A DNA stretch of 64,000 bases from Tubulanus polymorphus (Eukaryota > Animalia > Nemertea), in contig NC_134027.1 of assembly GCF_964204645.1 (NCBI RefSeq), positions 3,566,485-3,630,484 on the forward strand, in the 5' to 3' direction. Position numbers and translations under genes: made by a program. A model generated the notes under the pieces. The model did no database searches and was not told the origin of the DNA. It worked only from the letters and a program-made list of their open reading frames with translations. Within the stretch, counting starts at the first letter, position 1, and each line of letters opens with the position of its first letter. Shown piece after piece: positions 41,078 to 51,662 of the stretch.

Positions 41078-41647
41078 CTAATCGTCCCAGGTAACATACG
41101 AGAAATCATCTGTTTCATGGTCTTCTCCGCCGTATGGATAGGTGCATTTATCACTGTTGGCGCTGATTTTGCCTGGAATTGTACCGTAAGGTGTATTGGC
41201 AACTACTGAAAAGTAAACGCCAGTACCGTCTAACATGAATCCCGTAGCTAACGGTTTCTTCGGGGTGTGCTTATCATCGGCTTTCTGTAAACGAATTCCA
41301 AACAAGATATATACAACTTTATATGTATGTAATGAATAGATATGTATATAATGTTTTTTTCAACCAATATCAGTTACCTTTAATTCCATCTCAGCTGTGG
41401 CGCACACCCACCAGAAATTTGTTGTGCAATGTTCCTTGCCCTCTACACCGTACCAGCAGTAATATACCCCGTCCATTTTTGCGGCCTTGCCCGGAACCCG
41501 TCCATGTTCACAGTCGGCGACTGCAAGGTACACATCCAAATCTCCGACTTGTTCGGCCAGACAAACTGCATTCGCTTCAACATCTCCTGAATTTTTGTTA
41601 ATCCACACTGTTCTTAATCCAGGAACGATTAATTCGTCTTTTCCCAT
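41078..41647 (-). CDS. Two-repeat DM9/DUF3421-like protein (~158 aa, no signal peptide), 2 exons (41647-41378, 41284-41078)
   Basis: Repeat 1: VYLAVADCEHGRVPGKA...CWYGVEGKEHCTTNFWWV. Repeat 2: YFSVVANTPYGTIPGKI...CTYPYGGEDHETDDFSYV. IPGK and YGGxE are DM9 hallmarks. The intron is phase-0 GT-AG. Confidence 0.75.
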
Positions 41648-42714
41648 GTCACTTTAATGTTCAGTATTTGCAGAAATAAGCAGATCGTGTCAGTGCGTAC
41701 GTATATGAATTGTGTAAACCTTTTAACTGAAGTAATTCCTTTTGAAGCAATTTTTTACTCTTTTCAATGTTCACGACTTGACATACATTTATAAGACGTA
41801 ACCAGATATTTCTATTGGTAGATTTGAATAGATATGTGGTAGACGTACCGGCATGGCATAAACCGAAAGTCAAACCTAACATTCATTAACTAAGGAATCT
41901 GTCCGCAAGGTTTTTGGAGTGCGCGCACTTCGACCGAATCCAATGTTCCAAGGATGGAGATTGTCGGAGTTTGAAAAGTTGGAAGTGGCCTCATTGTTTG
42001 ATTCAAGTATTCAATGTTAAGCCAATGCTAGTCGAAGCATGGCTGATGTCCCTGATTCAATCACACATTGATGGACGAACTTTTATTTCCGACCCTAATC
42101 ATTTTCGTTCTGTACTTCAAAAATATATATTTCGTGAGATCTACAATAGCGCAGGACGAAAGGAAACGCGCCCATTAGACATTTCCTGTAAACTTTTTCA
42201 TTATTAAGAATGATTATGATACACAGTATAGATAATCAAAGGATATATTTTGAGTGCATACTTGAGATGCGAGCGTTTGTCTCATGGATACACGAGAAAA
42301 GCACTCAAGGGGTACTCCTCTATTTCAGCCAAAGCAGGAAAATCGAACAACAAAATAGCGCTGATATACACGTGAACAAGGATGTTACACTTAATGGAAT
42401 CTAAATGATCCTCTGATCAGGTGGATAATTAGTTTTGGAAATCGATTCATTATCTATTTTATGAAATTCGACGAACGATTACAAAAATACATGAAGAGGA
42501 TATAAACTTAATACGCTACGTAATAACGAGAATCCCACAATGATAATAAAAGACGACGTCCGAAAATAATTTCGTATTTCATTATCATTGGGGAGTCTCG
42601 TTATTTTATCGTCACAACACGGATGTAGTGTTTTATCAATGTTGATTAGTTTCTAGCCTTAGAAATTTTGCCCTTCGCAGATGTTTGACATAATTTGCAC
42701 ACAAATGTATATTA

Positions 42715-45000
42715 ATGGACACACAATCAATACATAAACCCGGAACCGGAATCAAAACACGTCTGGTTTGTAAAGTGTGACTAAAGGTACGGATCTATAC
42801 AGTGTAGCAGACACTAACATTCACAGTCGTTAATACTCTTTGTTGTTAGGAATATATGCGAAGGTTTTAAGATGGCGAATATTCAGGTATTCATATATAA
42901 CATTTTCCAGTTTAACATGGTTAAGCTCTATTTATTCGTCTATCTGATGTTTTTATTTGTTGATGTTGATTTTCTAAAGGTTCTGACGTTTGCGATGTTC
43001 TTGGTCGCGTCGTGTATCGTAAGTTGAAGAAGATTTTATACTCATTTCCATCTTGTACAAAACATGCATAAATATCTGTCGGGATGTACATTCGTAGTTC
43101 AGTTATTTCTATCTAATTCAATATAGAATGTCGGTTCAGCGATGGTCAAACCTCCCGTTTATCCGGGTTCAAAACCAGGGACGTGTCCGGGTGGTATGTC
43201 ACATTGTGCAATTGAACCGAACCAATGTTTCAAGGATGAAGATTGTCCTGGAGTCAGGAAATGTTGCATGTGGCCCTGCGGTGGATTCAACTATTGCGTC
43301 AAGCCGAGGCGAAGCTCCGTTTATCCGGGTTCAAAACCGGGGATGTGTCCGCGAGTTGTCGTTGGAGTCTGTGAAATGCGACAGGACCAATGTTTCAACG
43401 ATGAAGATTGTCCTGCAGTCAGGAAATGTTGCAGGCGGTACTGCGGTGGATTTAACTACTGTGCCGAGCTGAACCAAAGCTCCGTCGCTTATCTGGGTGC
43501 AAAACGAGGGATGTGTCCGCTCGTTGATGTTGGAGTCTGTGAAATGCGACCCAACCAATGTTTCAATGATGAAGATTGTCCTGCAGTCAGGAAATGTTGC
43601 AGGTGGCCCAGCGCTGGATTCAACTATTGTGCCGAGCCGAGTCGAAGCTCCGTCGTTTACTCAGGGCATAATAAAGCCTTTTCTACTCGCATATCATTTT
43701 GCCTTAAATCTTATCATTGTATCTTAATTATAACTATCTGTGCAATTGCTTGTTTAGTAATTAATTGATCCTTGCTCTGACAGATGTCAGGCACATACCA
43801 ATGCATCTGGAATAAAATCATCGTCAACTGAAAAATCGGTCTTCTTCTTCATCTCTATCGAATGAGCTAGTTCCCGAAACAGCGCATCAACTCGGGGACA
43901 GAAATTAGCATTGCTATACAGAAAAAAGTGTTGTTGAATAATCTAACAAAATGGGAAAATGAATTAATTACTAAATTTTCTGACGAGTTATATCTCATCA
44001 AAAATACCTGAATCTTTTTTCTTAATTCATAAATGAGAAAAAAAGCTTTTTTCTCATGTCCCCATGACACTTAGGGGGAGGCGCACATCCACATTTCCTG
44101 TAAATTCTAGATAGTCTCTCAGAAATAAAATGTGCGGAAATTTAGATTTCTGAATTCGTCAACTTTAATGCTGTGAGATCAGGTGCGTGGTTCCGATGTG
44201 TTCACTATGAACAATCATCGCTGGAGTCAATCTAAGTGACAACCGCATCTGTGCCCGCCAATGAAATATTGGTAAAACAATTTGATAACCCACCCCCTTA
44301 ACACGTTTATTGTAACGTTTTAACATGATGGGTTTTTCGATTATATATCGGCGCGACCTACGAGCGAGTTGAGATGATTGCTCGTAGGTGCGACATATGT
44401 CGCACCGGTCCTGCAACACCCCTGCAATGTATGATTTTTTTGGAATGTATGTATTTAAGGATGCATACACATCAAAAGACATAAACTCGAAACTGGAAAC
44501 AAAAACACGTCACACTTTGTTGTTAGGCTTACAGTAAAGGTTTATTGTAAAGATGGTGAATATTCAGGTATTTACGTATACAATTTTCCATTATGACATG
44601 GTTAAGCTATGTTTATTTGTCTATTTGATATTTCTATTTGACGTCGATGTAAATTTTCTAAAGGTTCTGACGTTTGCGATGGTCTTGATGATGTCGTGTA
44701 TCGTAAGTTGAAGGAGATTTTATACTATCAGTCATCTTAAACAAAACTTGCATAAATAACTGTCGGGATGTACATTCGTAGTTCAGTTATTTCTTTCTAA
44801 TTCAATATAGAATGCCGGTTCAGCGATGGTCAAACATCCCGTTTACCCGGGTTCAAAACCAGGGACGTGTCCGGGTGGTATGTCACATTGTGCAATTTTA
44901 CCGAACCAATGCTTCAAGGATGAAGATTGTCCTGGAGTCAGGATATGTTGCAGGTGGCCGTGCGGTGGATTCAACTATTGTGCTGAGCCGAGCCAAAGCA
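42715..45000 (+). repeat. Tandem segmental duplication (~42715-43320 vs ~44460-45000) plus internal ~130-bp WAP unit repeats
   Basis: Upstream sequence, both introns (e.g. tgtcgggatgtacattcgtagttcagttatttct) and the coding sequence are shared nearly verbatim. Confidence 0.9.
42872..43768 (+). CDS. Secreted WAP (four-disulfide core) protein, copy 1, three WAP repeats; 3' end uncertain
   Basis: Micro-exons MANIQ | VLTFAMFLVASCI | NVGSA build a signal peptide, followed by 3x KPGxCP..C..C.xDEDCP.VRKCC...CGGFNYC (8-Cys WAP pattern). Confidence 0.85.
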
Positions 45001-45029
45001 CGGATGATCTCCAAAATTCATTGAAATGA
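44553..45029 (+). CDS. Secreted single-WAP protein, copy 2 (tandem duplicate)
   Basis: Same exon layout (MVNIQ | VLTFAMVLMMSCI | NAGSA) and near-identical introns. One intact 8-Cys WAP domain KPGTCPGGMSHCAILPNQCFKDEDCPGVRICCRWPCGGFNYC is followed by a short tail and stop. Confidence 0.85.
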
Positions 45030-45253
45030 TTTTCAAATCAAAAAATCAAGTTAATAGATTTTGCTAATATACTTGTACCTATTAATAACAAACAAGATAA
45101 TTATATGAAAAATAAACAATTTTAATCTGTGGACAAATCTAAAAAATTTTATCCATCTTAATGTGGAGATTTATAAACTTTTTCCATGGCACGAAATCAT
45201 CGGCTATGTTGAAGTTTCACTTCAAGACACATTTCACAGACGAAACCATTCAT

Positions 45254-48200
45254 CTATTTTTGAATGACTGTTGTTTTGCTCGAAGATATTCTATAGTACT
45301 TTCATCTATGGTTTTATATCTCCCCGCCTGAAAATATTCATCATCATAAATTTTTCCATGGTAAATATAATAGGACAGCAAGTAAACATAAGGAGTTTGA
45401 TGTACGATTCACAGAGTAACATTCACGAAATATAGCATACCCTGGGATTCAATACTGAGACGATCTTTGTTGCTTTTACAAATTTTCCATGTCTTAGTGG
45501 AACTGTAAAATACCTTTTCCCCTTATAAACACCATCCGTATCACCAACTGAAACAAGCAGATGACCATAATGTATTTGTTGAAGGTGCGTCTAAACAAGA
45601 GCCACATAGAAATGAGTAATGGTCTTTTGTATTCTACATATATCGAGGATTTTTGCCTTCGTACAAAGGCTTCGCGATAAGCCCCATCAAATACCTGGTT
45701 CGTCAAGCTTCAAGCCGATGAGTGGTCTAAAACTTGCGTATTCCCTATCAACGCTACCGACAAACTTTACAATTCCCGAATAATACGGACTGCTCCGTTC
45801 TGAAAATATAAAAAATTTTAAAGATATTCGATGCGGAGAAAATACGCGTGTTATCGGATAGATTCGTCGATACATTCTTATCATTCACCTTTACAAGGAC
45901 CTAGATTCACCTGAACCCTATCACCAACGTGTATTAGTTCTAGCATTAGCTGGTCCTTTTCGTATTTAGTCAGTTTTGGTAACGGTGGTTGCGCGCTGCT
46001 CGAGGTTGACGTAGAACTCGGCGGTCTCGTAGTCGACCGTGAACTAACCGATGATACAGTTACAATCTCAAAGCCGTTCTCTTTCTGTTGCTCGGGTATT
46101 TGCGGTGTTTCTAATCTAATATCAGCCACATTGTGATGTTCGACAGAACGGAAGTTTTGAAAGGAGTCGTTAGGTAGATATATGGAATATGCGCTCTTTA
46201 GTCTATCGAACAGTTTGTCCCCGGGAGATGTATTTAGATTTTGACTTGTTCGTCCATCCGTAGAACTACTATTCCGCACATTTAATAAGGCTTTGTTTTG
46301 TCTATTTTGTCCAACACTTGTTTTGTTTGTTTCCCTATTGCTTCTCGGAGTCAAGTGTTCGTCGGCTATATATTCCAGAAAACCAATATTCTGTTTGCAT
46401 TCTGCTTGTTTCTCTATAAGATTCAAACTGCTGGTCGTGATGTTACACGGTGGAGTGTTTATGTCCAAACACACTTTCTTCGGTTTACTCCTTGGAAACT
46501 GTAAGTTAACGAAATAACATACGTGCACCATCATATCTTCGATGATACAAGTGACGAACGATAACAGATTATTGTCATAGCTTACCCTCATAGGAGAGGT
46601 TGCGCGGGCCGAATTAAGCTGTTCAGTCAGTTCATCATATAACATTTGATGGTCGTGTTCGATACAAGTGTTCAGTCCATTTTCACTAGAAAAACAAAGA
46701 TCTTATCATGAAAAAGAAAATGATACCGACATGACTTCATCAATGTTATCCTCACATGGCTTCGTCTTCCTGTGATTTGATTCCTTGAGGAAATGTCGCT
46801 TGGACTGTCGCCTTTTTACCAGCCTTCTTTACCATGTGAAGAAACTGATCGTTGTTTTGGATTTCTAGCAGAACTTCCTGAAAGAGAATATCCACTAATT
46901 AGCGATCGAGAGACTTCAACGAATATATTTTTTCACGGGAAAGAATCAGTGAATGAATGATTGTGTAGGACGGACAAAATAGATCGTAGAATATGAACTA
47001 CAACCTTTGCGAGTTCAAGCGCTTGAGACTTTTGTATAACGAGCTTGTCCTTGCCGAGCAGTAGTTTCTTCAGGGTGAGCGTTTCGCATCGCGATATCTG
47101 TAAATCTTTTTCTAGGTCATCCATTGCAGAGACAGTATTTTCCAATTCCTAATATAGAATAATATAGAATGATAGAAAAAAAACGTTTAAGACCGATGTC
47201 ATGTGGAAGTGCTGGGGGTGATTAGAATTCGGATCCACAACCTTGATCCGGTCTTTGTAATCCTTCGCCGTTTTTCTCGCCAGCTGAAGCAGTAATAATC
47301 GCTCGTCTAATTGATTCTGGATGTTAGATATTTCCTCGTTTTTATCCACGATCTGTTGCTTGAGTTCTGCTATACAGTTCAAATCCTACAACGTCGTAAA
47401 TTCAACGCCCTTTTTATTCACGATTTAGAAACTAGAAAATAACTGATTTCTCACAATTTCCTTACTCGATCCATTTGCTCATTCCGCCGAATTTCATCCA
47501 TGACTTGACTTTTCAAATCTTCTACGCTCGATTGCAACTCTTCGATCGTTTGTTCAGCATTCTGTCAAAAACAGATATATAGAAATAACAAAAAGTGACA
47601 CCATGTACACGTAGAACAAATGTACATACCTGTAGATTTTTAGTTTTCAACTCTAGGTAGGATTTGATCGTAGTGAGTTCAGTTTCTTTTTCAATTCGTA
47701 TCGATCTAGAGTAAACCATTTAATTTATTCGAAAACATGTCAATATCGTGATATAAAACTTTCCCTATTTTCTAACTCATTATTGACACTCTGATAAAAA
47801 CTGTGATTTATACCTAGCATTATCCAATGATTTCTTCATCGTCTCAACTGTCAATTCAGCTTTTTCAACGTCCATAACTGGAAAACACATCGATCATCAT
47901 TATCAATGCTAACCCGTCGGTATATCTCACGCTAACGCATAAAAGCAAAATCCTCCCCAATTTCGAACACTTAAAAATTGTTACATTCAACATTACCAAT
48001 TAATCATCAAACGAAAAATCATGACTTTCCATAGAAGTTGATGCAGATCGAAAAGCGCTATGAATATCTTAAACCGAATCCATCGCGCTTTCAAAATGAG
48101 AAATGCCAATGTTCTATGGATAGCAAGTTAGTAGATACCATCCCAAGTTGCAATAATAACTACTTAAAACCCCTTTCATCCATTACTGCCTATTAGTTTG

Positions 48201-49781
48201 ATATATAATAAATGTAGCATATCTTTTCGCGTTTAAGATGTTAGATCAAAAGTAAAGAATCTTTTTTTCCGCTTCTCGTCAATGTGTTTACAATGTTAGT
48301 CATTAAACTCAGAGTTAGCTTAGCTTTATGGAATTACATAAACTTACGCAAAATCTTCTCTAAAATAAAAAAAAAGAATTTATCCGAGATGAATCCATAC
48401 TTTAGATTTCTAATGGATTTTTGGAAAAAAGAAAATAATTTCTATACAGTTTTGCCTGTTTGACCGACCTTTACTTTCGAGACTTTTGATTCGTTCTTCA
48501 GCTTGAGTCAGACTAGTCTCGGAGGTAGTGAGTTTCTGTAGGGCTGCCTGTAAGTCTGATTTTGAAGTTTCAAACTCTTCCGTTGTGTTTGCAAGTTTCT
48601 CCTTCGTGTCTTTAAGTTCTTCAATAAGTTTTGAGCACTGGTCTTCAAAATTCTGAAAAATGAAAATGTCCGTAATTCGAGTAGCCTAGGTATTGAAATT
48701 TATCATCAATTTCATTACAGTTTAAATTATCATGCAGTACCTCTCGTTGGGACTTTTCGCGTGCATATTTTTCTTTGTATTCATTGAGTTCATCTACTGT
48801 TTGCTTGAGAAAAGCTTTTTCTCGTTCTCTGAAATGAGTTAGACAATACAGAACTGTAAACGCGCTGTATGTACCTTTAACCATAATGTCTCGTGTAAAT
48901 CCAAATCTTCGCCTAGTATTAGTGACATCCTGACAACTGATTAGAACAGTCTTATTTCCTTAAAACTGATTTTCATGAAGTGAAATTATGGACGCCGTTG
49001 TTACGTGTTGGCACCTTGTGCACACTTCTATTCCTGGCTAGTGCCAACTGTTGTTCACAAGCATCATATTGAACAACGTGGGCTTTTTAATTCAGTAAGC
49101 GGCTTGCGCTTGACGTCCACCATGACGCGCTGTGATGTCAGGTGCAGTACCTCTATTGAACATAATAGAATGGAAAACATGCGTAACTATGAATTCAGTA
49201 TAATATCGTAAATTTCCTTTATCGTTCATCGGTACATTATAATAATTGTTTTGGTACATTATCAGCGCGGAGTTAAACAGTGGATATCATATGAAATATT
49301 GATGATAATCTTCCTTGTACGCAATAATCATTCCACCCGTATTTCATCATCATAATTCGTGTTCAACTCATCATCGGATCTAAGATTGAAATGCCTATTT
49401 TGGGTTATCAGTGAGGCACAATAGAGAAACTATATGTACAAAAGGACATAACAATAAATGCACAATGATACATAATAACATATCTCTTAACATTTACAGG
49501 AGAGAATTTCAAGAAATAAACCAACGTATATGGTACGTTTGAAAGAAAAAAGATGTTGATATCGAACGCACTCACTCGTTAACATGTTTCTGTTTACGTA
49601 TTAAAGCCGCTGTTGTTCCGCGAAGGCTTAGTCTACGTCCGGAAACCGGTAATTTTGGACTGTTAGTCGTCGAGCCTGGAACACTTTGCGATTTGACCGC
49701 TTGCACCGGCGGCGGTGGTACGGTCTTTGCAGATCCCGGTTTAACTGCTCTTTGCCAGTTTGCTTTCGCTTTCGCGTCCAT
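45254..49781 (-). CDS. Coiled-coil protein with a C-terminal CAP-Gly domain, multi-exon
   Basis: First exon MDAKAKANWQRAVKPGSAK..., then several heptad-rich exons and an S/T/P-rich linker. The C-terminus reads IHVGDRVQV...YSGIVKFVGSVD...IGLKLDEP|VGDTDGVYKGKRYFTVPLRHGKFVKATKI, a CAP-Gly pattern. Last exon AGRYKTIDESTIEYLRAKQQSFKK*. Confidence 0.8.
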
Positions 49782-51662
49782 TTTTGTTCCGCAGTTTTGC
49801 TCTTTTAGAGATCATTAACCTTATCGATTACGATATGACATCATAGAGAGAAATTCCTTGTTTAATCCTCAGTTTTTAGCGCGTAGAACTGAACGCATAC
49901 ATTTCCAGATTGGAATTATCCCTTTTCACTATGTAAAACGATATGAAAAGTAGATATTTACGAGCCATTGGGTCGTATAATCCGTTCGCGAGTCTTGTTG
50001 CTAAAGAAACAGGAAATATTGGCGTGGTGAGAGGAGAGTGTAAACTTGGTATTACGACTGAACTGTGCTGCTGATATATTGATCGCGACGATTACGATGA
50101 CAATAGAGACAAACTGTTTCCCGACGCTTGTGACGTCAGATTTACCCACAATATCATGTTTTGAGATACGATGAACATCGTTTATTCGTAATTCTCAAGT
50201 GAGAACTGTTTAATTCAAAAGTGAATTTTAGAGAGCTTCCTGGAGGAATCAATTTAACGTAGAAGGTTACGTGGATGATTATCTATTTGATAAACAAGGT
50301 TGTAGATACGTGTGATAAATGCCCGACCCAGACTGATTTTTTCTTGACGATTTCTATGTTTTGAACAAGTATATATTCTCTTTTCGTAAACAAGTTATTC
50401 GCATGTTATAAGCAGTTTATATAGGCATTATACAAGGCAGTATTTTATCGTTTTCATGCGTCGGTTTTGACAGCGTAATGGCCGATCACAAGCACGGTTA
50501 ACGATGACGTTGCTATGGAATTTAATACCACGTAAAACATACACGCTACCGTTGGACTAACAGTCGAGATCACATTACCGGCCATGTTTACTTCCGTTAC
50601 GAAAGGAAACGCAATTTTGACGTGTCGTCGAACTGCCGTTGTGTTGACCAGAGTTTGCTCGACAGATAAACATCGATTCACGCGATCATATTTTTTTCCG
50701 ATTGGTCGAAATTATCACAGATATCCCAATGGAATTTTGAAATTGTTGTTAATTTCAGATATTGAAGCTTAGCGTTATAACATTTCACCACGGTTCAGCT
50801 ACACAGATTGGTCTTGTTTGCTATAGATGGTCTTTTTGGCAGGTCGGCCTATTCTTCAAGCACCTTCGTTTCAACCAGAATACGCTCTATACATATTTCG
50901 GAATAGCATAATTCATAAACCTGGTAGAAGCGGCCAATAGGAGCTTGCAATCCGGAATACATTCAATCAAGACCTAAATATAGGTCCCGACTGTGCTACT
51001 GGTCCCAAGAATTTGAATCATCTATGTATCAAACGAGCAATCTGAATGTGGGTGACCATAATCATTCCGTCAGAACTCCGTGCATTTCTGTATCGTTTAT
51101 TCAAATGCATTCCGAATCAGGCCAGTCACGTGATAAAACGATATATTATTGTCTTTGTCGCAATACAAATCTATAAAAAGAATCCGAACTAAAAATAGCG
51201 GGAAAATCAGATTGATTATATTCAAAACCACGCAACTATAGATGCCAGACAGAATCCAATTACCGCTAGACAGCATCTGACATTACTCTTGATTAACCTA
51301 GCATTTACATTTCATCAACTTCTCAAATTAAAATCGATCGCCACCAATCAGTTCTCTCAACATTCATTGATGTATTACGATGTTATGTACATTATACGAG
51401 GCCCCCGAACTGTTGAATAGTATCCCTGATTGAAATGACAGTGCATTTAGTCATTCCATACAAGATAATTCATTTCATTCAATTTCACTTGCTTTCGAAT
51501 CTGCGATTATAGTGGTGGAATCTGCTCGATATTGAAATCAAATCTCTGTTCGCTGCTGATGATTTGTCTTACAGACGTTTCGGATTTATTGGCAGGTCCT
51601 TCATCAAAGAAAGGGGTTTAACTCGAATAGACCCTGATCACTGATTTCAATGATCTTTTACG

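Noticed and set aside
43128-43727. Alternate-frame ORFs over the WAP repeats; CRISPR-like periodicity
   Set aside because: The periodicity is explained by coding WAP units, not by a repeat-spacer array.
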